Shown: positions 25,395 through 41,519 of the stretch, one piece after another
How the letters are laid out: every line of letters starts with the position of its first letter
Position numbering within the stretch: the first letter of the stretch is position 1
Source of the DNA: the human T2T-CHM13v2.0 reference genome, Homo sapiens
Length of the DNA: 64,000 bases
Direction: 5' to 3' (one strand)
NCBI RefSeq assembly: GCF_009914755.1
Contig: NC_060931.1
Notes under the pieces: model-generated
Told to the model about the DNA's origin: nothing
What the model saw: only the letters and a program-made list of their open reading frames with translations
Database searches by the model: none
Made by a program: the position numbers and the translations under genes

Positions 25395-27780
25395 TGCTTC
25401 CTCAAATTTTGAGCTGGTTCTATCTCCTCTTTCTCAGTCTCAGACACCACATTATAAGCTAAATTTTAAATGCTGGATCCTTTCTTATTTCTACTTCCCC
25501 TTGAGTTTGTTTTCCTTTCTAATGTTCTGCCTGGAGTAGCTCTGAGTAACGAAGACTGCTATGAAATCCTGAAAGTATTCAAATAACTTTTGAGATACTA
25601 AGTTTGGTAAATATTCTGAAACATGTGAATAAATGAACAATTAAAAATCCATATCAAAAATATTACGCAATTCTTTAAAATGAGCTCAATTCATACCTTG
25701 AGAAATTGTCTTAATGTATATTTTCAGCAATAAAAGTATGATCCTACTTTTTGCAGGGAAAAAATTCTATAATTGCGTGTTTATGTTTAAGCACAGAAAA
25801 CATAAGGACAAATTTGGCTACTTCAGGAAGTGGGGGAGGGTTGAGCAGTAATTTTTTTCTTTAGACACTTTGGATTTTGAAAATGTTACAAGTATTATTT
25901 TGCAACGCAAAATAAGACTATTATTCAGTAATACCACTTTTAGGTGTGTACCCAATATACACATTTTCACTGAAGGACACGTACTGGAATCCTCAAAGTG
26001 TCACCATCCAAGGTAGTCTAAAACTGGAAACTACTCAAATCCTATCCTCCCTGCTTTCTCAGCTCTAATCCACCCTGCTCTCTATCAGCTGGGTACCATC
26101 AACAGTAGAATGTTTAAATAAATTGTGGCATATTCACAATGAAATATGGTACAGCAATGAGAATGAATGATTTGCATTTTTCACAATATAGCTGAATCTC
26201 ACCAACATACTGTAGTGAACTAAGCCAGAAACAAGAGAGTACATACTATATTGTTATATTTACATAAATATAAAAACAGGTGAAACTAATATTTGATATT
26301 AAGACTTAGAATAATATTTACTCTTGGGCCAGGTAGTGACTAGAGAGGAACACAAAGGCGACTTCTGGGTTACTGGTAATGTTCTCTTAATTAATTTAGG
26401 TGCTGGCCCAAGGTTGTGTTCAGTTTGTAAAAATGTATCAAGCTGTACATTTATGATATACTGATATATAATCACACATGCAAATATCTAACTTTAATAA
26501 GGTGTTAAAAATAATGTTTTAGTTCTAGGAATGTAGATAAATGTCCCAAAACATACTACTGATGCAAACAACATATATACACAAAATATTATAAATTCAT
26601 CAATGAAATGATAGGAAAGTAGAGAGTACACAAAGCCAGAAACAAACTAAAAGCAGGAAACATTGAAGGAAGCAAGCATGAAAGCTGGCTCTCACCACAA
26701 TGCTTCCACAAAACCCTGGAGAATGTATGGGGAGTGACTCTATGGGGTTTCCAGCCTAGGATATTAAGACCAAGCTCACAAAAAGAATATAATTAAAAAT
26801 GACATCCCAGCACAAAGCTCACACACCAAAGGGGTATTCCAACAGGGTAAAGGTAAATAGGAAGTAAATTCATGTCACAGAAGAAATCAATGCAATTTGC
26901 TTGTCTTGACCCTGCTGAAAGATGAAGGGGAAAAAGATCAATGAGAATGAATAATCACAAACCAGTTTTCCATATAGGTTTGCAATATTAATTCATGCTA
27001 CATCTGTGAATTCAAAAACCCTAAGCAAATAATTTGAGGTGGTCCCAATTTGCTAATGTATTCAATTGGAAGATGCACATGCATATCTTTTCTAGAGAAA
27101 TTTAACTTTAATGTATCTAGAAATAATTTCTAGGACAAAAATTCACATGAAAGGAGAAGCTCACATTAATAATTTTTAAAACCACATAACACTCAGGAAA
27201 TAAAGCACAATGAAAGACAGCCATTACAAACAAGAGAATCAGAAACAGGCAAAATTTAGATATCAGAATTACTAGTCACAGAACATAGAATAGCCATGTT
27301 TTGTACATTTGAAAAATAAAATAGAAACTAGAAACTTGAACAGAAAATAATTGTATTTATAAAAAAGAATCAAAACTAGAAATTAAAAAATAATTGAAAT
27401 AAAATAGTTCAAAATAGAAATTTATTGAAGAGACTAAATAGAAGATTAAACAAAGTTGAAGAAAGAATTACTGAACTGGATCTGGAGTAGAGGAAATTAT
27501 TCATAATTCAGTCTAAAATCGAAAAAATGATGGAAAATATGAAAAAGGATAGACGATATAGAGCATATAGTGAGAAGACCTAAGACACATCTGATCTGAG
27601 GTTCAAATAGATATAATAGAAAGATTGTGGGAGAGTTATTATTGAAAGAAATGATTGAATTTTCCAGAGATCTTGAAAGACACCAATCCTCAGATCCAGG
27701 GAGTCTAACAAATCCTAAAATGATAAAAAGAAATACTCATCTAAATATCTGTAGTGAATTAAAGAAGAGAAGACACCAAA

Positions 27781-28875
<1,095 letters not shown>

Positions 28876-30913
28876 TCTTTGGAATAATCCTCCCATTGGA
28901 AACAATAATAAAAGCTCAACAAAATATAGGAAACCAACTGAAGACTCAGAAAAGTAAACAACATAAACAGGACAAAAGGACTATAATCCTTGATGAACAG
29001 AAAACACAGGACATGAGTTGTATATTCGCTATTGCTTTTTACTTTCGGGCATTTTTCATTTTACAGTGCAGGGTTACTGAGGCTGAAAAGGAAGTGTCAG
29101 TCTTACTGGTTCAAGACTATCAAACCAGGTGGAGCTCAAAGGGCAAAGTTTCAGACATGAAGAAACCAGACAAGTTAATCTAAAATTTTATATATGAATT
29201 CCCCTAATGTCACTGGCTGATTCCTAAGCTATGCATGCAATAGGAGAGACCTCAAGGAAACTTGTAGGAAATAGTGGCCAAAGAGCTAAACAGTTGAGCA
29301 GTCATTTCAGTGGTTATATTGTTCTGAGAAAAGCAATGGAGTTTATGCCCCAACAAAAAGAAACATTCTAATAAACACTCCATGATTTCAGTTGACACAT
29401 AAGAAAATCCCTGACATATGAAGAAGCATATCTTATGGTTTAAAGACTATGTTCTTGGAGAAAGATCAAACCTTAAATGGGCTAGTCCTAACAAAGCCTA
29501 AAACTAATATTTGATAGCATCAAAGTAATCTGCTGGTACTTTATCTGCCCACTTCCCCAAAAAATCCTCTTGAAAGAAAATAACATCAATCAAAACCTTT
29601 ATATTTTTTCATCCACAATATTCTGCATTGAATCAAAAATTAGGAAAGCAGTTAAAAAAACAGAATAAGTTGCCAATAACTCAAGAGAAATAACAGAAAA
29701 TAAACACAGGCACAAGTGGTTCAGATACTTGAGTTCTTAGAGAACTTAACTGTGATTCATACGTTAAGAAATTAGAAACAAGGCTGTGGAATTTCAGCAT
29801 AGAAATAAAACTCATAAAAAAGTAAAATGAAAAATTAAAAAAGAAAAATAATAATAATTAAAATTGGTACTTAATAGATTGCTTTAATAGCATATTAGAC
29901 ACAAAAGACCAGAGAATTGGTGAAGTATAGCAAAGGTAAGTAGAAAGTATCCATACATAACATAAGAGGAAAGAAAACATGATACACAAAGAGATCAAAA
30001 GATACAGAAAGAGTGTAACAGGATTATGAGATAGGGTGAAAAGTTGTGACACATGAGTAATCACAGTCCCAGACGGAAAGGAAGGAGATAATAAAACAAG
30101 CAAAATGTTATCAATTAATGATTTGAAAAACATCAAACCACAAGCTGAAGAAACTTTATGTTCCCCGAGCAGAATACACAGAAAGAAAACTACATTGAGA
30201 CACATCACATTCAAACTGCTGAAAACCAAATTCATAGAGAAAATCTGAAAAGCAGCCAGAGATAAAGGATACTTTTCATTTAAATGAACAAAAAATACAG
30301 CTAATTTTTCAAAAGAGTGATGAAAATAAGAACACAACAGAATTCCTAAAAGATGAAAGAAAAAGAAAAATCTGCCAACCTAAAATTCTATACACAAGAA
30401 AAATATTCCTCAAAAATAAAGGCAATGTAATTTTAGATACACTAAAGCTGAAAGCATTTTCCACTAGAATATAACTACTAAAACTAATTTTTTATGAAAA
30501 TTATTCCTCATAGAAGTACAGTGCTGTAGGAATTAATAGAGAACACTGAAAAGAGTAAATACATAGGCAAATATAAATGAATATTGACTGTTTAAATAAA
30601 CAAAATGCCTTATGGAATACAGAAGCATATAAAAAATAAAACAGACAATAGTACAGCTGCAAGATGGAGATAAACTTAAAATTTTGCATTGAGAATACAT
30701 AGAAGTAATAATTTAAGGTAGGTCATAATAAATCAATAAGGTGAACTGTAATATCTAAAGTAACCATTAAAATAATTTAAAAAATTATAATTCAAAATAT
30801 TGAAGAAAAATTAATAGAAAGTGTTGAATTCGAAAGAAATCAAGAAAAGAGAAAATAACAAAGAAGAAATGGAACAAAGAGAAAACTGTGCAAATTGGTA
30901 GACTTTAACCCAA

Positions 30914-31012
30914 TTTTTTTTTTTTTTTTTTTGGAGAAGGAGTGTCACCGTTGCCAGGCTAGATTGCAGTGGTGCGATCTTGGCTCACTGCTGCCTCGGC
31001 TCACTGCAACCT
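30914..31012 (-). mobile_element. Short Alu 3'-end fragment
   Basis: Poly-T then ggagtgtcaccgttgccaggct...gcagtggtgcgatcttggctcactg. Confidence 0.8.
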
Positions 31013-31029
31013 TGCTTAAACCCAATATT

Positions 31030-31365
31030 TATAGATTGCATGTTTGTGTCCCTCCAAAATTTGTATGTTGAAATTCTAACCCCCAATGGAATGGTATTAG
31101 GAAGTGGGCCTTTGGGAGGTAATTAGATGTAGATGATGTCATGAGTGTGAAACACTCATAATGGGATTAGTATCTTTATAAGACGAGAACGAGACTAGAG
31201 CTCCCTCTCTTGGCCATGTGAAAATACAGTGAGAAAGGTAGCTGTCTATAAGCTAGGAGGCCAGCCCTCACCAGACATTAAATCTGCTGGTTTATCTTTA
31301 AATGTTTGTTGTTTAACCACCAGTCTATCACATTTGTGTCACAGCAGCCCAAAACAACTAAGATA
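31030..31365 (+). mobile_element. MaLR solo LTR (MLT1A-like)
   Basis: tgtttgtgtccctccaaaatttgtatgttgaaattctaacccccaatg...cagcagcccaaaacaactaaga. Confidence 0.85.
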
Positions 31366-34300
31366 CCAACTATATAAATAATTATACTAAATATAAATGG
31401 ATTAAAAATCCAATTAGAAAAAGAGTTCATTTAGAAGAGAAATATTGAAAGTGAAAGGATGGAAAAAGGTACACCAAGCAAACATTAACCAAAAGAAAGC
31501 TAGTATGGCTTATGTACAATGGGCAAAGTAAACATTACTGTCAGCAAGTGTTACTGTAGATATAAAACAAATTTCATAATGATAAAAGGATCAATTCAGT
31601 ACAGCAATACAAAAATTTTAAATTTGTATCCTTAATAACTTCAAAATTTATAAAGCAAAGTTGACAATAATAAAAGAAGAAAAGACAAGTCCACAAGCAT
31701 AGTTGAAGATTTAAGTACATTTTTCTCAGTAATCTGAATAAACAAGTGCATAAAAATCAGTAAGGATATACATGATTTGAATAACATAATTAACAAATTT
31801 GACCCTGTTGACACATATGGTACATATACACCTACCAACAACAGAATATACATGATTTTTAGTGCGTGTCAAACATTTTCTCAAATAAAACATATACTGG
31901 GTATGAAGCAAGTCTCAAGAAACTCAAAAAGATGTAGAATATATTCTCTGATCTTAATGGAATTAAACCAGAAATAAATAATTTTTATTTATTTAATTAG
32001 AAAATTCCCACGTTTGGAAATTAAGGATCACACTTCTGAACACCCCTTAGGTCAGAGAAGAAATCACAATGGAAATTAGAAAATATCTTAACTAAATAAT
32101 AATTAAAATACAATTTATCAAAATTTGCAGGAGGCAGCAAAAGCAATTACTTAATAAAGGAATTACTTAATAAAGGAAAACTCTATAGCTCTAAATGCAT
32201 ACATTAATAAAAGGGAAAGACTGAAAGTAAACTATTTCAAAACATTAGAAAAAGAATAACAAATTTAAAGTAAATCAGAGAATATAATAAACATAAAAGC
32301 AAGAATCAAATTTTAAAAAATTTAGAAATTCAGTAAAACCAAAAGTTGGTTTTAATGAACCAAACTAAGAATGATCAATAAAGAGACACAGAGAGAGAAT
32401 CCATTATAATTATCAGGGGACATTATTGCAGTCCCAAAAGACATTAAAAATATAACAAAGTGATATTACAAGTAATCATATGCCAATAAATTTAACAAAC
32501 TCAGATGAATTTGCAAATTGTTTAAACAACATAATTTATCCAAAACAGCAAGAAGAAGCAGAAAATATAAATAATCCTATACATAAAAAAAATGCAGTCC
32601 AAAATCAAAAACATTCTGCAAAAAAGTTTAGTCCCAAAAGGATTTTTATGGTGAATTTTTCTAAACACTTGAGAAAAATATAATACTAATATCATAAAAC
32701 TTCTTCCAGAGACTAGTAAATGAAGAAACTCTTCCCAACTCATTTTTATTACACCCAGCATAACTTTGATAGCAAAATCTCGTAAGTACATTATAAGAAC
32801 AAAAACCTAGAGACGAATATTACTCAATGAACATAGATTCAAAAAGTCTAATGGTGTGAAATGCCTTTTCAATAAGTAGTTCTTGATTGATTAGATGTCT
32901 ATATAAAAACCAATGAACCCTTAACCCATACCTCATATCATATACAAAAAATACTCTGAGATAAATTATAAAACTAAATGTGAATGGTAGAACTATTAAG
33001 CATAAGGAATCTTTTTGTGACCTAGAGGTAGGCAAAATTCTCGTCAATACAACTCAAGTCCTAAGCATAAATGTTTGGATTTATTAACAATAAAAATTAG
33101 ATATTATAAAAATTAAATAAAGAGGTTCTTTTTATTAAAAGACATAATTACCAATGGGAAAAAGCAAGCCAAAGATTGGAAGAGGATATTTGCAAATCGC
33201 TGATACAAGAAAAAATATATATGCATATTCGGAATATAATTTAACACACTCACAAAATTAATTAAAAAAAGAAACCACCCCTTTACCCCCAAATAGACAA
33301 AATACATGTGCAGGTGCATCACAAAATATGGTATTCAAATGGCCAATAAGCATACAAAAAGATGCTTAATATAATTAGTCATCAAAGTAATACAAATTAA
33401 AACCATAATAAGATACCTATATCCATTTCACGTGGCTAAAATTAACTATAGTGACAATATCAAATTGTGATGAGGATCTGGAGCTGATGAACTTATATAT
33501 ATTTCTGATGGGAACATAAATCGATACAGCTATGTGGCAAAACTGTCTGACATTATTTAGGCTGACCAGATGTATGTTCATGAGAAGTAAGTTTTTATGT
33601 CTACCAAAGATATGTTCAAATGAGATTTATTTGTAATAGTCAGAAACACTGGAAAAAATAAATGTCCATCAACAGTAGAATGGATAATTTGTGATATACT
33701 TATACAATACTATAGAAAAAAAAGTACTGCTATATGCCACTATATGGAAGAATCTCATCGACCTAAAACTGCATAAAACAAACACAAAAGGATACCTGTT
33801 TATGACTCAATTTATGTGAAGATCAAGATTGGACCAATATATCATGACAGAGGTCTGAATAGTGGTTATTTTTGAGAGTGAAAATTACCTAGAGTAGGGA
33901 AAAACAAAGTCTTCTGAGGTGTTGTAAATCTATATCCTGATAGGACCATATACATATATAAAATTCACTGATCTGTACACTTATTATTTGTGAACCTAAC
34001 TCTACGCACATTATAACTCAGGGTTTTTTTTTGTAAAAAGAAAAATCTGTAAACACATGTTGGTAAACATATATTTAATACACTGATGGTATTAAATAAC
34101 AATAATCATTTGATACTTGCGGGGTAAGAGACAAGGTACTAAGGATCAATTTAACTTAAGTATGCTAAATTAAATCTGTTATAAAACTAGTTAAACATCT
34201 TAAAAATTAGGAATTATATGCGTTAAACCTATTATAAAATTAAAACATCAGAACTAAGACATGTAACTTCCAAATAAAAGAAAGAAAAAAATGGGCAAAG

Positions 34301-35551
34301 AAAGAAAGAAGGAAAAAAATGGGTGGGGGGAGGGGCAGGGAAAGAAACATAAAAGGCAGGAAAAATAAAAAGCAAATAATAAGATGGTAGAAATAAATCT
34401 AACTTTGTATTACTAATCACAATAAATATACACAGATTATTCAATGACAAGTTATAAATTGTCAAACAATATTTTAAAAATCCAGACTTTTAAAAAATCC
34501 AAATAAGTTTACTACATATATATTTAAAACAGATTCTGAAGAGTTAGAGTCAAACGATAAAAGAGAGATAAATGAGGCAAAAACCAAAGAAACCTTGATT
34601 TGATCTTTGAAAAAAATACGATTTTAAAACAGAAAACATTAATAGGTATCATAATGTAAGGTCCCTACATTATGATAAAATGTTCAATTTACAACAATTC
34701 ACTGATAACATAGCCTCAAGATATATGAAGCAAAAATATATACATTTATGAGAAATTATCAAATCCACCATCATGGTGAGAATATTTAACATACCTATTT
34801 CTGTAATTGGCAACTCAAGCAAATAAAAAGTTAAAGATATGTAAGATTGGGTTGTATAATTAAAACCGTTGATACACAGAACATCATGTAATTACAGACT
34901 ACACATTCTTTTTACGCACACAAAGAAAACTTACTGGGTTTTAAAGCTAGCTTCAGCGAATTTAAAAGAATTGGCACTATGCAATCTCTGACTACAATAT
35001 AAATTAGGCAACTACAACTACAAGATAACAAAAGAAACTTCATATGGCCAAATGGAATTTAAAAGGTACATTTATAAAAAATTCATGTCTCAAAGAACAG
35101 ACTATAAGGAAAATTATAAATAATTAAAGCTACATGGTCAAAAATAATCATATCAAAACTTGTCAGATGTAGCTAAAAAGTAGTGATAGAAATGTATAGC
35201 TTTAAAAGCTTACATAGGAAGAAAAGCTCAAAATTAATGAGCTAAGCATATAATTTAAAAGCTTAGAAAATAAATCACAGAAAAAATTCAAAGAAAGAAG
35301 AAAGTAATAAAATAGGTAAAAATTAGAAAAAGACATAAAGCTTTTATGTTGGTGTTTGAAAAACTAATAATGTAGACCATGTTCTGGAAAAATTAAAACA
35401 AAAAGAGAAAATGTACACATACTAACAATGAAAAAGTGGCCATATCAATAGATAATGGAAAGATTTATAAACAGAATGAGAGGATTTTATAAACAGTTTT
35501 ATTTTGTTAATCTTGAATATATATATATATATATATATATTCATATATAAA

Positions 35552-35959
35552 CACTTCATCCTTGAATAATCCAGGTTTGAACCGCGTTGGTCTGGATTTT
35601 CTTCTGTCTCTGCCACCCCCAAAGACAGCAACACCAACTCCTCCCTTCCTCCTCATCCTTAGCCTACTCAATGTGAAGATGACAAGGAAGACCTTCATGA
35701 TGATTCACTTTTACTTAATGAATGGTAAATATGTTTTCTCTTCCTTATGACTTTCTTAATAACATTTTCTTTTTCTCTAGTTAAGAATATAATGCATATA
35801 TAAAACATGTGTTAATCAACTGCTTATGTTACTGGTAAGACTTCCACTCATTAGTAGGCTATTAGTATTGAGTTTTGTAGGACTCAAATGTTATATACAA
35901 ATTTTCAATTCTGAGGGGGGTCAGTATCCCGACTGCTCCATTGTTCAATGGTCAAATGT
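35552..35959 (+). mobile_element. Tigger2a (MER28)-like DNA transposon
   Basis: ccttgaataa...ctctgccacccc...gcctactcaatgtgaagatgac...ttgttcaatggtcaaatg with degenerate TIRs. Confidence 0.8.
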
Positions 35960-37123
35960 ATTTATATATATTGAATAAACATATACATGTACGTATACTG
36001 ATACATTCATGTATATGTGAAATTGTTAAATATCTTGGAAAATACAATTTACTACAACTGACTCCATAGGAAAACCTAAATAGTACTATAATCATTAAAA
36101 TCTTCTGAAAAAATACACTCCAAACACAGATGATTTTACAGGTGATTCAAGGAAATATTCAAGGACCAGATAATCCCAATCTTGCACAAATTCTTCCAAA
36201 GAATAGCATAAGGGAGAATACTATTCATATTATTTTATGATAATACCAGCATCAGAAAAGGATAGTACAGAAAAGTATAATTACATGCCAATCTTAAATC
36301 ACACGTATAAATATAAATATCCAATGTTTACCTTTTGTATCTATATCCACATACAGAAATTACTACATATTTACCACAAAAGGTTTATTCCAAGAATACA
36401 AAATTGGTTTAATATCAGAAATTAAATACTATACTTTACTATGTTGTTAATATAGTTAAAGGAAAAAAAGTATATATATTCTCAACAGCTACAGGAAAAG
36501 CATTTGAAAAAACATCCATTTATAATAAAAGTGCTTACCAAAAGAAGAACAGAATTTTCTTATGATGGGGAAGACATTTACAAAGTAACTATAGCAAATG
36601 TCATTTTTAAGTTGACATAATGAAATATTTCTCATTATTATCTTAAGGACAAAACAAGATGCCCTTTATTACTTTTATTCAACAGTGTACTGGAGCTCCT
36701 AGTCATTGTCATAAGACAGAAAAAATAAATTGAAGGTATGAGAATTAGAAACGAATAAACAAAATTATCATTATTTTCGGATGATATGATTGCCTATGTA
36801 GCAAATCTGAAAGAAGCTACAGGTAAATTTAGAATTATTAATTTTCTCAAGTTTGATTGATATATAATTAATATATAAAAGGCAACTGAATTTCTGTATG
36901 CCAGCAACAATAAACTACAAAATATAACTTTTACAAAAGAAAATGCTTACAATAGCAGTAAAAATATGACGTGCCTAGAAATTTAACAAAAACTGAGCCA
37001 AAAGAAAACAATAAAAAATAGTACAAAACATTGAAGATGACTTAAATAGTGTCATATACCATGTTCATTGAGGAAAAGGGCCAATGTCTTAGAAATAATT
37101 TCTGCCCAAAATAATTTATAGAG

Positions 37124-37491
37124 TGCAATGGTTTGAATGTGTCCCTCAAAAAGCAGGTGTTGGAAACTTAATCCCCAATGCAATGGTGTTAAGAGGTGGG
37201 CTTAATGAGAGGCCATCAGGTCATGACAGCAGAGTGAATGAATTAATGCCATCACTGTAGGAGTGAGTTCATTATAAAAGGCGGCATTCACCCTCCTTTT
37301 ACACTCTCTTTCAGCCTTTCTCTGCCTTTATGCCATGGAATGACACAGTAAGAAGGCTCTTTCTTGCCAGATGCCAGCCACTCAATCTTGGACTTCCCAG
37401 CCTCCAGAACTGTGAGCTGATAAATTTTTGTTCCTTATACATTACTCAGTCTCAGGTATTCTGCTATGGTAGCACAAAACAGACTAAGACA
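37124..37491 (+). mobile_element. MaLR solo LTR (MST family)
   Basis: tgcaatggtttgaatgtgtccc...gacttcccagcctccagaactgtgag...cagactaagaca; 5-bp TSD (t/c)agag. Confidence 0.87.
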
Positions 37492-38539
37492 CAGAGTTGA
37501 TCCATTATCAATCAGAATTCCAACAGGTTTATTTGCTTGTTTGTTTCTTGTTTTGGAGAACTTGATAAGTTTATTTAAATATTTATATGGAAGGTCAAAG
37601 GTCCAAGTAAAGCTAAAACACTCTTAAAGAAGAAGAAACAGGTGATAGGACTTTTCCTACCAAATTTCAAGGCTTTTAATAAAACTATAGTGGTTAAAAA
37701 TTATTTAGTATTGAGGCAGAGTTAGACAAATAGAAAATAAGAATGGGGGCTTAAAACGAATTCATGCTTATATGGAAATCCTGATTCATGCAAATCACTG
37801 GTGCTGGGGCAACAGATTATCCATATGGAATAAACAACATAAAAATCAGTTTCCATGTGGATTAAGACTAATTGCCAAAGGCAAAACTATAACACTTTTA
37901 GAAAACGATACACTAAAATTAATCTATGATCTTGAGAAAACAATTATCAAACAAGAAAAGCTATAAAAGAAAGTACTACTAACTTGAAATTAAATTCAAA
38001 ACTTAGATTCATTGATAGAAACAGAGAAAGAAACAGATATAAAGACATAGAGAGAAAGAAAACCTCAAAAGCAAATTGGAAAGATGTCTGTGGCATATAT
38101 AGCTAACAATTACTGCTTCGTACCCAGATTATATAAAGAAAGCATTCCAATGAGTCAATAAAAAAGGTAAACAAACAATCCAATACAAAAATGAAAGAGA
38201 CAGGAATCAGAATTTCACAAAGAGAAAGCACTGATCAACATATAAAAAGTCAATCTCATTAGTTATGGAAAATGCTAGTTAAAATCACAGTTAAATGCTA
38301 TTTCATACCTGCCAGACTGACAAAAAATGTAATTTTACAAGACTAAGCTGTGGCAAGCATGTAGAGCAACAAGAATGCTCATCCACTGCTGGAGGGAGTG
38401 CAAACTGGTTTAACACTTTGGAAAGTTTAGAAATGACCCAATAAAATTGAATACACATAAATCTTATAACTCCGCAATTCTACTCCCAGCTATATACTCT
38501 AGGGAAGCTCCCACACAAGTGTACTTGAATATTAGAGGA

Positions 38540-39108
38540 CATGGGCAGGCTTTAAAGTGGCCCCGATAATCCCTGCCTCCAGGTGTTCATGTCCTTGTGT
38601 CACCCCCTTCCCTTCAGTGTGAGTTGGGCCTAGGGACTCACTTCTAATGAATATAAAATGGCAAAAATAATGGGATGTCGCTTCTGAGGTTACAGAAAGA
38701 ATCTGACTTCTGTCTTTCTCTTTTTCTCTGTGGGAGCCTTCTCTCTGGGGGGAGTAAGCTGCCATGTTGCAACCATTCTTTATACAGAGGCCCATGTGGC
38801 AAAGAACTGATGTGTACAGCCAGGGTCAGTGAGGCCAATCGGCCTGCCAGCAGTCATGTGAGTAAGCCTGGGAGAGGTCCTCGACCCTACGCCTAGCCTT
38901 GAGATGACTGAGGCCCAGTCAATACCTTGATTGTTGATACAGCTTGTGAGAGACCCTGAGTCAGAGACTCCCAGCTAAGCCCCTCCTGGATTCCTGATCA
39001 CAGAAACTGTAAGATAGGAGGTAACAGGACTTGTTTTGTTTGTTCGCTTTGGTTTGAAGCTGCTAGGTGTTGGGGTAATTTGTTACATAGCTTATAGATA
39101 AATCATAC
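38540..39108 (+). mobile_element. MaLR solo LTR (MLT1E/F-like)
   Basis: ggccccgataatccctgcctcc...gaggcccatgtggcaaagaactga...cagaaactgtaagata...ggggtaatttgttac. Confidence 0.82.
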
Positions 39109-39849
39109 ACCTCCAAAAGTAGAAACAATCCAATGTCCATCAGCAGTAGAATGGATAAATTATGTACATTTACACCTTAAATGACGAAAACGAAAATGGA
39201 AGGAAGCATGAAAGATGAATCTATAAAACTTAAGAATACGTACAGGATAATGTCATTAATATAATGTCATTATAATGAGAAAGCCAATACATATGTTTTA
39301 GGAATACACACACAAATATGGTAAAACTAAAAAGAAAAGCAAGGGATTCATTAAATTAAGACAAAAATCACGAAAGATGTCACATCTCAGAGAATGGAGG
39401 AGAATGGACCATGGGCATCAGTTGGGACTCATGGGCTTCTAAGGTACTGTGACGCCCTATTTCTTGACCCAAGGAGATGGTCAGGCATTCGTTTCATTAT
39501 TTTTTAGACCATTCTGAGATATTTCATTTACTTTTTATTCAACATTTTAAAACAAAGTATTGAAACCAATTCATCAACAAATCACTAGTTTGGAGGATGA
39601 AAGTGATGGACCGATGGTTGGCTGGTCAGCTAGACAGACACATTCTGTCCTTTACGTCTAGTTCGAGCTGTACTTCTTCTAAATTTCCATGATTATCCAA
39701 TTGGCAAAGATCTTTTTCTCCTGTACTTAAGGCCTTCTTCCGTTGCAGGTTGGGCCAAACTAGCGGCCAGCTCTCGGCTGTTTACCAGGGAACTGTATCA
39801 CCCAGCACTTGCTGCTTCAGGCCAAATGCATTCCAGACTAACATTCAGC

Positions 39850-40700
39850 CTGAATCCCCGCGCCGCTCTCACCGCCACCCCTCCCCAGGTCCCTTCCCCC
39901 ACCACAAACCCACACTGCGCCCGTGGGCGCCTAGAGCACTGGGGTGGATGAGAACTTCCACCTGGGCTTAACGGAGACAAGCTAGCCTAGAAGAATGCAA
40001 GCCCCCAGCTGGCGAGATCAAATCGCCTCGAGGGTTCCTGCTAGCTCAGATCTTAATGGCTCCTTGCGGAGCAAAAAACAAATCCTACGAAAATAGGGGG
40101 GGTCATCGCCTCCTGCCCAGCAGAGGGCATAACAATGCGGCGAGAATGAAATAGGCACCGAGCTGCAGAGAAAAATCATCAACGGGGTAGAGACGAAGGA
40201 AGGGATCCTCGGTGGAACGGCTCTATCACCTGGGGGCGCGCGCAGAGGCCGCAATCCACGCCCGGCCCTCCCCAGACGCTAAACGTCGCACCCCGCCCAC
40301 CGCTCCCCGCCCCGGACACTAACCCGGGGCCCAGGCCTCGGTCACCGCGGGCCTCTCCTGGTCCAGAGTCTACGCTGAACCCCACTCACTGTTTGCCCCG
40401 CTGTTCCCTGCAGCGCGGGTTCGGGGCAGTAGCAACCTGCTAGGAGCGGGAGGCGGTTGTTCCCAGAAGGAAGCAGCTTCTCCGCCCAGGAGGCAAAGGG
40501 CAGCGGGCTCGAAACTGCAGGACTTGGAAAGTCTTAGGCGGAGACTGCGGGGGTGGGGGGTGGTGAGGAGGGGCCTTCCAGGGAGCTGATTGGTCGACGC
40601 GGACGGGGGCGGGACTTGGCCGGCGCCGTCCCTCCCCTAGACCTCAGAGGCCCTGCCCGCAGATGTGGCGCCAAATCCCGGATGCAGGCCTAGGCGCCAG
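39850..40700 (-). promoter_or_regulatory. CpG-island promoter P1: CCAAT box (ATTGG on +, 40589-40593) and GC box (GGGGGCGGGAC, 40605-40615)
   Basis: High CpG/GC content in an AT-rich background; motifs read directly. Confidence 0.85.
40390..40560 (-). other. TCAF1: TCAF1 distal non-coding first exon (P1); 5' end approximate
   Basis: In a CpG island, ATG-free, donor ACA|gtgagt at 40390/40389, about 200 nt downstream of a CCAAT + GC box. Confidence 0.8.
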
Positions 40701-40916
40701 CCCAGGAATATAGGGAGCAAATTGTTAAGAACAAAACAAAACAAAACAAAAGTGAGAATACTTCTGAACAAGTGACGGCCTTGATAAATAGCGAGAGATG
40801 TTTATATAAAATAATACAGGACTATTTTTAAGGACGAGTGAAATCTATCGGTTCTAGCTATAGTTTTTAATTAAAAAAGCAAGTTGTATTAAAATGGAGA
40901 GTAGGATCTCTCTTTC

Positions 40917-40951
40917 CCCCTCCCCTCCCCTCCCCTCCCCTCCCCTCCCCT
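40917..40951. repeat. (CCCCT)7 tract
   Basis: Read directly; sits where the Alu tail would be. Confidence 0.93.
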
Positions 40952-40954
40952 CCA

Positions 40955-41228
40955 GGGGGAGGGTCTGCTTCTGCCACCCAGGCTGGAGTGCAGTGGTGCC
41001 ATCACAGCTCACTGCAGCTTCAACCTCCCAGGCTCAAGCGATCCTTCCACCTCAGAGGCTGGGACCACAAGTGCGCCGCCACCACGCCCAGCTAACTTTT
41101 TGATTTTTTGTTAGAGACAGGGTTTTACTTTGTTGCCCAGGCTGGTCTCGAACGCCAGGGCTCAAGTGATCCTCCCGCCTCGGCCTCCCAAAGTGCTGGG
41201 ATCACAGGCCTGAGCCACTGCATCAGCT
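40955..41228 (-). mobile_element. AluJ
   Basis: cccaggctggagtgcagtggtgccatcacagctcactgcagc...ctcaagtgatcctcccgcctcggcctccc. Confidence 0.9.
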
Positions 41229-41519
41229 TTAGCATTACATTCGTGTATGAAGAAGACATGCTGCATGTGCTTCTATAAGAGGCGGGGCTAACGGTGGAGA
41301 AATTGTCTATTGATTCTTACCTTCACAACCACTGAATTGTTTTTTTTTAAACCAATACATTGTTTTTATAAGTTTAATAAAACAGTAAGGCGTTGAGAAT
41401 GTTACTAACCAATCAACAGATGACAGATATTGGGCATGAGGGAGGAAAGAAAGAAAGGAGTAGCAGGGAAAAAGCCTGGACTTTGAAGCCACCACATCCT
41501 CTGCTTACAAGTTGGGCAG

